From: an uncultured Acidobacteriota bacterium
GTDB lineage: Bacteria > Acidobacteriota > JAQAZP01
Reading direction: 5' to 3'
DNA length: 64,000 nucleotides
NCBI GenBank assembly: GCA_963836075.1
Contig: CAWIIB010000009.1
Span: 3,424,001 to 3,488,000 of the forward strand
Part shown: positions 1 through 9,400 of the stretch, one piece after another
Numbering within the stretch: position 1 is the first letter of the stretch
Layout: the number at the start of each line of letters is the position of its first letter
Translations under genes and position numbers: made by a program
Notes under the pieces: model-generated
The model's input: the letters and a program-made list of their open reading frames with translations, nothing else
Databases searched by the model: none
Told to the model about the DNA's origin: nothing

Positions 1-2997
1 TCCTGAGAGGTGAAGCTCCCGGAAGATATTGGTATAGCTCAGCCCATACTGAGGATCGGTTTCGAACAGAGGGAGTATGTGGCTGTCGAAGAAGTTGTCA
101 TCAATGACTCTAAAGATATTGGAAATCGAAGGCATGAAACCCCAGGCAAGGGCCACCCAGGCGGCTTCGTTCACTATTTGGATCTGGAAATCGTTATAGT
201 TTCCAGTACCCCACAGATTATCCCAGTTGGAACAACCGGAGGTTTGCCACACATCCAGGATGCAGTCTTTCAAGGGTACTTGACCAATGAGCCTTGCCAT
301 GTTCTTGTCCCGAGCCATTGCCCGTCTGAAATTTTGAGCTTGTTCCGACCTGTTGAACCTATTGAAACCCTGTGCGATTCTGCTCTCGAAACCGCCTATA
401 TCACAGTTCATAACCCCATATTTTGAGGCGCCAAACAGCGGTTCGTTGAAGTTGCCGGAGAGGATCTCATCTTCGATATGGGTTGGATTGCTTCCATCAC
501 CAAAAGGGAAAACCGCATCGATCTCACCTAACTTGTCCTGCATGTCTTTCAGAAACAGCACATTTGCGGCCACTTGAGGAATTGCCGGTGCGAGATGGTT
601 GATGCTGTAGGTCAATCTTCCACCAATGGCTACATATTTTGAAAGGCGGTTCGATGTCTGGTCGAGGTGGTTGGCATCGTACCTGGAGTAGAAGGCATTG
701 TCGCATTCCATTCCTTTCAGGCCGGCAACGGTATCGTTGCTGACGTTGCCATAGGCGTCTCCGATATACAACCTCTCTTTAGCGAGCAAGTCCGCATCTC
801 CGATATTGCTGTCAACCAACAGTGTGGGGAAGTTGTATTTCAACTTGTCTGACGAACCAGAGAAATCATCGATCCTCTGGCCGAACAAGGTTGTGCCGCC
901 GGGAAGATGAAGAGCATTGTCTCGTTTGGCGAAATACATTTGCTCCCAAATTTGTCCGGCATGGGGCGGATCATCAACGGGGCTGTAGTTGGTCATTTCC
1001 AGGTCCAGGGTAGTGTACTGGTTCATGCTTGTGCCGGTGGGGTTGTGGAAAGAGGCCAGCCAGGGCTGCTCATAGACCAGCGTGCCGACGTGGATTGAAT
1101 TGAACAGATTAACCACTCCCTGCATCCAGGTCTGGTTGTCCACGCCGGTATACGGCTCCTGGGTATAGCGCAAGCCGTAGCCGCTAGCGTGATTGTTAAA
1201 AGTGTTCGAGACTAGCTGTGGGCTTCCCGAAACATTGATGACTTCGCCGTTGTAGAAGCCGCCGCCGAATTGCCAGTCATGGTCGGGATGACTTGATGGG
1301 AGTGTGGGGCGAGTGAAGTATTGCGGGAAAAATTCGACCTGGTATCTATTCGCTGCTTCGCGGAACGTCGATTTTTCACGCCAGGAGGTGTTGTCGCCGC
1401 GGAACAGGATAAAACTGAAGGGAGTTTCGTTGAGGTTGTTCAGCGTATTTTCAGGCAGAATCCCAAGGTTGAACTCAACATAGTAGAGTCCAGTATAGGG
1501 TGCGTCAGGCTGGAGCACCCGGTATCCGAAGTGCGAGACGGCAACGGTGTCAGCCGACAGATCATCCCCGAAGGAGATGCCGCGGAGGTACGTTGAATCG
1601 TCGATGGAGAGAGCGCTGAAGGGATACGAAGACATCATCGTGCCTTCGGTGTGCAGACTGAAAAAATCATCATTTGCGCTGTCGGGGTAGGCATGGTACT
1701 TGCTGGTCTGCCTCGGCCTCACATCGACGGGGCCGGCATTGCGGAAGGGAAGGATCTGGACGCAATCCCCGATAATCTCTGATTGACCCATGTCATCCCA
1801 CCAGGTGAGTTTCTGGTCAGTCTGGTGATAATCGATGGGCAGGGCGAAGCCCAGATCGAGGGCACGGGCCGGCAGGTCGTTTGATGGATTCAAATCAAGA
1901 TTCTTGATCACGCCGTCGATCAGCAGGTATCCGCCGCCAGTGGTTTGGATGGTATTGACGCTCGCCTTCATCTGGAGATTGGGCAAAACAGGGGTGCCGC
2001 CAAGTTCCTGAAGGAAGTCAAAATCCGTGTCATCTTCAGTCAGAAGGTCATCGGTTTTGACATGGACGATAGGCGGTGCCTTGTAGAAGGCGAAATTGTC
2101 GAAATAGACCGCGTTGTCCACGCCGGTGTTGGGCAGGTACCCCTCGACGATGACTCCGACCCTGACGTATGTTGCATCGAGCGGCCGGTAGGAGCGGATT
2201 CCGCAGGAAAGGAACTCATCAAGTCCCGGGTCATCCGATGAGGCCAGTCCCGTCGACTCCCACAGCAGGGCTTGAGTGTAACCAACGGCGGGCAAATCCC
2301 CAGGGGGAGAGGGGGTGAACGGAACGGATGTTGGTGCTTCAGAGCCTGTAAACCAGTCGATCCTGGAAATGATCTTGTGTTCGCCATGCTCATCGAGCGT
2401 ACCATCCGGGTGATCTTTGGAGCGGAAACCGCAGGCGGTGGCCAGGTCGAAGGAAAAGCAGAATAGATCATGGGTCGTGGGATTGGGGTAGAGGCCAAGC
2501 TGGCTGAGATGGATGTCCTGGTAGATGCCGATGAAGAAAGGGCCAGTGTCATCCTCTGGCAACACGAGTTTTGCGACGGTCGTTGATCCGGAAGTTAGCG
2601 TCAAATCGGCGCAGGTGATGTCAGGATCCACAAGAATATCGGTATCGATTGTCCAGACTTCTTCATTCAATAAACAGGAAGTGCAATCCGAATCGAAATC
2701 ACTGCAATCGAGCAAATTCCCGTGTGTGTCCAGGTTTCCAGGCAGCCCGGTTGTTGGATCGACTGTGTAATCCCGTATATAGAACCCGCCGCTTCCCGGA
2801 ATGCAGAAGTCCGGCTCCATGATGCCGATTTTCAGGTCCGTGACTCGCCCATTGGCGATGGTGAGTTCGAGGCCGTCGTCCGTCTCATGCCCATGGACGA
2901 GTGCTTTTGAACCGAGGGTAAAGGTCGGCAAGCTGACCATTATCATTAACAGGATGAATCGCGAGGCCTCGAACAAGTTGGCTGGCCTTGTGTTCAT
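1..2997 (-). CDS. Large secreted protein, partial (runs off the left edge, >=999 aa); CBM-like beta-sandwich followed by a putative glycoside-hydrolase-like domain
   Basis: Manual translation from ATG at 2997 (RBS AAGGAGAG at ~3003-3010): MNTRPANLFEASRFILLMIMVSLPTFTLGSKA... The frame appears open to base 1 (...TDPQYGLSYTNIFRELHLSG). It is missing from the ORF track because no stop lies in the window. Hydrophobic N-terminus; segments ATYVRVGVIVEG..VYFDNFAF (CBM-like), WWDD, SSYPFSAL, GMECDN, CDIGGFE, FRRAMA. Function is inference. Confidence 0.8.
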   Translation of the reverse strand, partial: MNTRPANLFEASRFILLMIMVSLPTFTLGSKALVHGHETDDGLELTIANGRVTDLKIGIMEPDFCIPGSGGFYIRDYTVDPTTGLPGNLDTHGNLLDCSDFDSDCTSCLLNEEVWTIDTDILVDPDITCADLTLTSGSTTVAKLVLPEDDTGPFFIGIYQDIHLSQLGLYPNPTTHDLFCFSFDLATACGFRSKDHPDGTLDEHGEHKIISRIDWFTGSEAPTSVPFTPSPPGDLPAVGYTQALLWESTGLASSDDPGLDEFLSCGIRSYRPLDATYVRVGVIVEGYLPNTGVDNAVYFDNFAFYKAPPIVHVKTDDLLTEDDTDFDFLQELGGTPVLPNLQMKASVNTIQTTGGGYLLIDGVIKNLDLNPSNDLPARALDLGFALPIDYHQTDQKLTWWDDMGQSEIIGDCVQILPFRNAGPVDVRPRQTSKYHAYPDSANDDFFSLHTEGTMMSSYPFSALSIDDSTYLRGISFGDDLSADTVAVSHFGYRVLQPDAPYTGLYYVEFNLGILPENTLNNLNETPFSFILFRGDNTSWREKSTFREAANRYQVEFFPQYFTRPTLPSSHPDHDWQFGGGFYNGEVINVSGSPQLVSNTFNNHASGYGLRYTQEPYTGVDNQTWMQGVVNLFNSIHVGTLVYEQPWLASFHNPTGTSMNQYTTLDLEMTNYSPVDDPPHAGQIWEQMYFAKRDNALHLPGGTTLFGQRIDDFSGSSDKLKYNFPTLLVDSNIGDADLLAKERLYIGDAYGNVSNDTVAGLKGMECDNAFYSRYDANHLDQTSNRLSKYVAIGGRLTYSINHLAPAIPQVAANVLFLKDMQDKLGEIDAVFPFGDGSNPTHIEDEILSGNFNEPLFGASKYGVMNCDIGGFESRIAQGFNRFNRSEQAQNFRRAMARDKNMARLIGQVPLKDCILDVWQTSGCSNWDNLWGTGNYNDFQIQIVNEAAWVALAWGFMPSISNIFRVIDDNFFDSHILPLFETDPQYGLSYTNIFRELHLSG

Positions 2998-3124
2998 TCG
3001 TACTCTCCTTGTGGGGGCTGACAATTCGAGGGCGTTCCTTCCACGACCGGATAGAAGCGTGGGGGCGCGCGGTTGTTGGGGGAAAGATTTTGGTGAGGTC
3101 CCGACCCCTGAGGCCTCAGGTGCA

Positions 3125-3147
3125 GGACGGACGGACGGACGGACGGA
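3125..3147. repeat. (GGAC)5GGA tetranucleotide simple sequence repeat
   Basis: Sequence ggacggacggacggacggacgga, read directly. Confidence 0.9.
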
Positions 3148-3230
3148 TCTTATCTCTCCTTGATTCGGGTAAGAGGCGAGACTCGGCTGAGAACAAAGTT
3201 GTCATTAGCGTCATAATGAATATACAAGAA

Positions 3231-3259
3231 AGCATAGAAATGTGTGTTGTGGTTGTCAA
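3231..3259 (-). promoter_or_regulatory. sigma70-type promoter for the large secreted ORF
   Basis: Minus strand TTGACA (3259-3254)-N17-TATGCT (3236-3231). Confidence 0.6.
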
Positions 3260-3436
3260 GCGAATATTGAGGGTAACGGGGAAAATCTTTCGTTATGTGT
3301 CTGGGTTTTATTTTGAACCAGGAAGCGCTTAGTGCGTTTGATCCTGGCGAAGCGGGTGCATTTTTTTACCAGCTTGCATTTGGAATTGATCTGAGCGATT
3401 CTGTGGCGCATATATTCAAACCGGGGAGGGAGTTCA

Positions 3437-5383
3437 ATGAATCGGACCGTCTGTCTGCTGGCGCTGGTTGCGCTGGCTGTTGTCATCGTCTTGCCGGTGG
3501 AAGCCGGCGTTGAGCGCCGGGAGGAGGGGAACCTGGTGATCGAGGGGATACCGGAGATCCCCCAGCGGATCATCGACCGGATGTTCCAGTACCAGAGCAC
3601 CCGCGAAGCCTCGTTCCAGGACTGGAATCATGACGGGGGGATGCTGATCTCCACCCGGTTCGGGGAGACGGCACAGATCCACCAGCTGGCCGGCCCCGGG
3701 GCCGCCCGGCGGCAGATCACGTTCTTCGACGAGCCGGTGCGCGGCGCCGCGGTCTGTCCCGATTCCGCAAGAAACGGTTTTATCTTCTCCAAGGACGTGG
3801 GCGGCGCCGAGTCGTACCAGATCTTCTGGTTTGACCTGGAGACCGGGCAGTACGCCCTGATCACCGATGGAGAGTCGAAGAACGGCAGCCCCCTCTGGTC
3901 GAACAAGGGGGACCGGTTCGCTTTTTACACCACAAAGCGCAACGGCCGGGACTGGGACCTCCACCTGGCCGCGGTGGACAAGCCCGGTGAGTCGAAACCG
4001 ATCCTGGAGCTGGGCGGATTCTGGTTCCCGGTGGACTGGTCGCCTGATGACAGGCAGCTGCTGGCCCTGAGCTATGTGTCGGCCAACGAGTCGACCTACC
4101 ACGTCATCGATCTGGAGAGCGGCCGGATCACCCAGCTCAACCCCAGCGACCAGCAGATATCGTATGGCGGTGCCCTCTGGTCAAAGGACGGCAGGGGGAT
4201 CTACCTCACCTCCGACCAGGGCGGCGAGTTCAGCCGGCTGCAGTATTACGACCTGGCAACAAAGACCTTCACCGTGCTCACCGCGGATCTCAACTGGAAT
4301 GTCGGCGGTATGGATCTCTCGGAAAAGGGTGACCTGCTGGCCTTCACCGCCAACGAGGACGGCATCAGCCGGGCCTACCTGATGGATACCGCCGCCGGGA
4401 CCTACCAGCCGATCCCCGGGATCCCGGTGGGGCAGGTGGGCGGGTTCCTCTTCCACCCCGACGGCAAGCGGCTGGCCATGTCGATAGAGACCGCCCGGTC
4501 CACCACCGACGTCTACACTCTCGAACTGCAGTCGAAGGAACTGGTGCGCTGGACCTTCAGCGAGGTGGGCGGACTGAACACCGACGGCTTCGTCGACCCG
4601 CAGCTGGTGCACTTCGACACCTTCGACAAGGTGGACGGCAAGCCGCGGCAGATCTCGGCTTTCTACTACCAGCCATCCGGGAAGGGACCGCACCCGGTGG
4701 CGATCAATTTCCATGGCGGGCCCGAATCCCAGTACCGGCCCGGCTTCTCGCCGCTGGTGCAGTACTTCGTCAACGAGCTGGGCATCGCCGTGCTGGCGCC
4801 CAACGTCCGCGGGTCGTCCGGCTACGGCAAGAGTTTCCTGCTGCTGGACAACGGCTTCAAACGGGAGGACTCGGTGAAGGACGCCGGCGCCCTGCTGGAC
4901 TGGATCGCTGCGCGGCCCGAGCTGGACGCCGGGCGGGTGGCGGTGTTCGGCGGTTCCTACGGCGGCTACATGGTGCTGGCCGCCATGACCCACTACAACG
5001 ACCGGCTCAAGGCCGGCATCGACGTGGTGGGGATCAGCAATTTCGTCACCTTCCTCGAGAACACCAAGGACTACCGCCGGGACCTGCGCCGGGTGGAGTA
5101 TGGCGACGAGCGCGAACCGGCCATGCGCGAGCACCTGCAGAAGATTTCGCCGCTGACCCACGTGAAGAAGATCACCAAGCCGATGCTGGTGGTCCAGGGT
5201 CTCAACGACCCGCGGGTGCCGGTGGGCGAGGCGGAGCAGATCGTCGCGGCGATCAGGGAGAATGGCGGCACGGCCTGGTACCTGCTGGCCAACGACGAGG
5301 GCCACGGGTTCCGCAAGAAGAGCAACCGTGATTTCTACTACTGGTCGATGGTCCTGTTCATCGAAGAGCACCTGCTGAAGTAG
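3437..5383 (+). CDS. S9 family peptidase (prolyl oligopeptidase/acylaminoacyl peptidase), secreted
   Basis: Signal peptide, beta-propeller repeats (WSPD, WSKDG), HGGPE, nucleophile GGSYGG, NDPRV, DEGHGF. Confidence 0.93.
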   Translation: MNRTVCLLALVALAVVIVLPVEAGVERREEGNLVIEGIPEIPQRIIDRMFQYQSTREASFQDWNHDGGMLISTRFGETAQIHQLAGPGAARRQITFFDEPVRGAAVCPDSARNGFIFSKDVGGAESYQIFWFDLETGQYALITDGESKNGSPLWSNKGDRFAFYTTKRNGRDWDLHLAAVDKPGESKPILELGGFWFPVDWSPDDRQLLALSYVSANESTYHVIDLESGRITQLNPSDQQISYGGALWSKDGRGIYLTSDQGGEFSRLQYYDLATKTFTVLTADLNWNVGGMDLSEKGDLLAFTANEDGISRAYLMDTAAGTYQPIPGIPVGQVGGFLFHPDGKRLAMSIETARSTTDVYTLELQSKELVRWTFSEVGGLNTDGFVDPQLVHFDTFDKVDGKPRQISAFYYQPSGKGPHPVAINFHGGPESQYRPGFSPLVQYFVNELGIAVLAPNVRGSSGYGKSFLLLDNGFKREDSVKDAGALLDWIAARPELDAGRVAVFGGSYGGYMVLAAMTHYNDRLKAGIDVVGISNFVTFLENTKDYRRDLRRVEYGDEREPAMREHLQKISPLTHVKKITKPMLVVQGLNDPRVPVGEAEQIVAAIRENGGTAWYLLANDEGHGFRKKSNRDFYYWSMVLFIEEHLLK

Positions 5384-5405
5384 TTCAGTGGGGTAAGGAG
5401 TGTGA

Positions 5406-6383
5406 GTGATGCCGAATCTGATCCGGCGGTCCCCGGCGGCCGCCCTGCTGGTCCTGTTGGCCCTCTGTTCTCCGGCGGCCCTTGCCGGCGGCGATGAGGG
5501 GCTCTTTTTCTGGGAGGTTCGCTCGGACAAGGCCACGGTCTACCTCCTCGGTTCGATGCACGCGGCCACCGCGGACCTCTATCCTTTGGACCGGGCGATC
5601 CGGAAGGCCTGGCAGCGGTCTCCGGCCCTGGTGGTTGAAGTCAATCTCGATGCCGTGGACATGAACGAGCTGCAGATGAACCTGCTCACCCGCGGGATGT
5701 ATGAACAGGGCAAGACGCTGAAGGACTCGGTCTCCGGGGAGACCTGGGAGCTGTTCGAGGGGTATCTGGAATCGAGGGGGCTTACCGCGGCCGGGTTCGG
5801 GTCGATGAAACCGTGGTTCCTCTCCATGGTGCTCACCGTAACCGAGATGACCCGGTCCGGCTACCAGGAGCAGTATGGCATCGACCGGCACTTCCTCGAC
5901 CTGGCCGCCGAAGAGGGCAAGAAGGTCCACGAGCTGGAGAGCGGCGATTTCCAGCTGGAACTGCTCTCCGGTTTCGACGACCGGATGCAGGAGCTCTTCC
6001 TGGTCACCACCCTCAAGGAGATCGAGGATTTCGACGCCCACATGAAGGAAATGGTTACCGCCTGGACCTCGGGCGATATCGCCTCCATGGACCGGCTGAT
6101 CACCAAGAGCTCCCGGGAGGACAAACGGCTGGAAGCGGTGATGGAAAAACTGATCTACCAGCGCAACGAGACCATGACCGGCAAGATCGTCGAATACCTC
6201 AGGGACGGCAAGAGCTGTTTCGTGGTGGTCGGGGCGGCGCACCTGGTGGGCCGGAGGGGGATTGTGGAACTGCTGCGCGGCATGGACAGTTCCACCTGGA
6301 AGGTCACCCGGGTGGCGCCCGCCGGCAGGGGAGAGCCGGAAGCGGTTCCGCAGCATGAGCCGGTGGCCGTGCCCTCCCGTTGA
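5406..6383 (+). CDS. TraB/GumN family protein
   Basis: VYLLGSMH, YGID, ELES, QRNETM, FVVVGAAHL motifs; signal peptide. Confidence 0.88.
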   Translation: MMPNLIRRSPAAALLVLLALCSPAALAGGDEGLFFWEVRSDKATVYLLGSMHAATADLYPLDRAIRKAWQRSPALVVEVNLDAVDMNELQMNLLTRGMYEQGKTLKDSVSGETWELFEGYLESRGLTAAGFGSMKPWFLSMVLTVTEMTRSGYQEQYGIDRHFLDLAAEEGKKVHELESGDFQLELLSGFDDRMQELFLVTTLKEIEDFDAHMKEMVTAWTSGDIASMDRLITKSSREDKRLEAVMEKLIYQRNETMTGKIVEYLRDGKSCFVVVGAAHLVGRRGIVELLRGMDSSTWKVTRVAPAGRGEPEAVPQHEPVAVPSR

Positions 6384-6403
6384 CGGTCTCCAACGATCCA
6401 CCG

Positions 6404-9400
6404 TCAACCGGTGATGGTCTCAGTTTCGCCGAGATAGCGGACCAGGCCGCCCCAGCGGTTGTCCGGCCGGAACCCCCGGGGGATGAAGAAACTGCGGTGG
6501 GAGAAGTGGGTCCGCACCACAGCCGTGCCCAGCTGGGCCATGCGGGTGCAGAAGTCCTCCAGCAGGGCTGAACGGATGCCGCGGCGGCGCAGTGAGGCCA
6601 TCACGGTGATCCCCTCCAGCTGCACCAGGCCGTCCTCCTCCACGCGATACCGTATCCCCCCCGCGATCCGGTCGTCACCGTCCAGCACCAGCAGGTGGCG
6701 GTCCAGCTCCGAGAGCTTGATCGGCAGCCCGCGTTTGAGGAACAGCCGGTAGAGCCGGCCGATCTCGCCGGGGCCCAGGGGCTCGCGCACGGCATAGGAC
6801 ACACCGTGCCGGTCGGTGATGTGCGAACTGACCACCAGTTGCTGATCACCGCCCACTTCGATGAGTTCCAGCGGCTGGTCCTGCCTGAGCAGCGGGAAGA
6901 CCAGCCGGCTGAAGACCAGCCGGTCGTCGTCGTTCTCCAGGGCCGCCTTCAACTCGGAGAGTTCCAGCAGCTGGGTGGGGTGCGCTCCGGGATGGTGGAA
7001 CATCGCTTCCAGCAGGACGCGGAACGCGTCCCGCAGACCGGGGGCGGCCTGCCGGAAATAGGTTTCGAGGAAGAGGGTGTAGCGGGCGATCTCGCCGTGC
7101 CGCCGCAGCCGGTAGTGACGGTGCATCTGGCCGGCCATCTGCTCCCGGGCGCCGGGAGTGACGCCGGGGTTCTGGGTCTCCCACTGCAGGTAGCGCTGGA
7201 TGGCGCAGCGCAGGGCCAGCGGCTGGTGATAGGCGCTCTTCAGCCGTTCCCGCTGCGCCCGCAGCCTTTGGACAATGCCCTCGTGGTCCCCGGGCGCCCG
7301 GTGCCGGGCCAGGTCGTTCTCCAGTTCCCCGAGAAATGCCGAGGCCTCTTCCACGCCCAGGGCCTCGATGCAGGATTCGAAGATCCAGCCCGGGTCCAGT
7401 TCGGCCCCGCACCAGGGGTAGTGGTGCGCCGTCTGCCGGTAGAACCAGCGGATCATCGGCGCCACCAGGGAGAGTGGACCGTCGTAGGGTTTCCAGCCGG
7501 CCAGGGAGAGGATCTGCCCGCCCTCGCGCCAGTCGTCCCGCGGCACCACCACGTTGCGCGGGCTCACGGTTCCCGGGACGATCTGGCGGCTGCTGTTGTT
7601 CCAGCCGGTGAAGAAGGTGGCCATGGCCCTGATGAACAGCGGCTCCCAGGACCTGCTCTCTCCCCGGGAGGCGTCGGCCCGGCCCTCGGCCAGTTCGTGG
7701 ATCGAGTTCCAGACCGTCTGTCCGCCCACGAAGGCCACGGAGAGCGCGCCCAGCGCCGGGCGGCAGCAGCCGAAGTGCGGCACCACCGGCACGCCGTGGG
7801 GATGGCCGTAGATGGCGATCAGCCAGAGGTTGGTCTGCCGCACCCGCGCCTGGTCGAAGTCGGGCCTGGCGCTGAGCAGCAGGTCGTAATGCCGGCCGCC
7901 ATCGGTGTTGACGCTGATCCGGTAGAGCCGCCGGGCGCCGCCGGCGCTGACCCGGGTGATCCAGATCCCGTCCCGGGGCACCTGGCCGATGTCGAAGCTG
8001 CTCTGCTGGGAGAAGGCCAGCATGATCGATTCCCTGAGGAAACTGGTGCCCACGAGGATCTTTTTCAGATGGTCGATCTCCTCCTCCGGGAGACCTTCCT
8101 GAAAGATGATCTTGCCCTCCCACTGCTCGGGACGGCCATCGCCTTCCGCCGCCAGGTGGGTCTCGAACCAGTCACCCAGCTCGCCGAAGATTTCTTCTGC
8201 CGCCGCCGCCAGCTCGGGATCGTCACGGTGCATGGCCCAGCTCACCAGCTCGGCGCGGACCGCACCGTAGTAGCGGGTGTTCTGCCGCACGAAGCGGGCC
8301 AGCAAGTGGAATACATCGGTGAACTGGCGGCGCACCGCCTGGCTGGCCGGCCAGGAGAGCCGCGTGCGGTAGGCGTAGAGCCGTTGCCGCAGGGCGTCCA
8401 GCCGCCGGGTGCCAAAGCCGCTGGCCGCGATGGCCGCCATACTCTCCTCGTTGAGGAAGGGCCGTCCCGATTCGAGAAAACTGGGCAGCAGTTGGCTGTA
8501 GTCCACCAGCGGTTCGTCCAGCAGCAATACCTTGTAGGCCTCGCAGCGCACCTCGTCGTCGGGGTGGCGGGCCAGGGCCTCCAGCCGCCGGCGGATCACC
8601 CGGGCCGTGCGGTAGCCCACCGTGCGCAGTTCACTCTCCAGCCGGCGCAGCGCGGCCAGTGCCTGCGGGCTGGAAGAGAAGAGCGCGGCGGCGCAGAGCG
8701 ACGAGGCCCGGGCCAGTTCGCCGCTCCCCTCGGATGCTTCGGCATCTCCGTTCCCGGCAGGGTTCTCCCGGCCGGCGGGCAGGAAGACCTGTTCGGCCAC
8801 CCCGTGGAGCGCGCGGTCCCAGCTCTCGCGGCAGGGGGCAAAGGCAGACAGTGAGGGGTTGGCGGCCCAGAGCTGGGGCTGGTGGGCGAAGAGGCCCAGG
8901 TCGATCTGATCCCCATTGACGGCATAGGCCAGATCACCCACCTGGACCAGGCCATTGCCGGGTTCGGCGGCCAGCGGGAGGAACGCCGACGTCCGCCGGT
9001 TGAGCAGTCCGCCGCTGGTGCTGACGATGTCGGTGAGCAGGATGCCCAGGTCGCGGTAGAACCAGCGGGGGATGCGGACGGTGTAGCGGTCCAGCTGCAG
9101 CTCGGCAAAGTCCTGCTCGTAGAGACTGTCGATCAGCCCGCTGAAGCCGGCCTCGATCACCTTGCGGCGGTAGGAGCCCTTGGGTGTCAGTTCCTGCCGG
9201 TCGGCCTCGAAATCGCGGTGCAGCACGGCGAAGTTCACCACCCGCTGGTACGGGGCCAGCTTGAGGTTGGCCGCGGCCACGATCTGGTGGAAGTACTCGA
9301 CGATCTCGTCCTCGGAGGGCAGGCCGGCGATCACCGGGTCCTCCCGGTCGGGGACGATGAGCAGCACGTTGTAGGTCCGGCCGTCGCCCACCAGGAAGGT

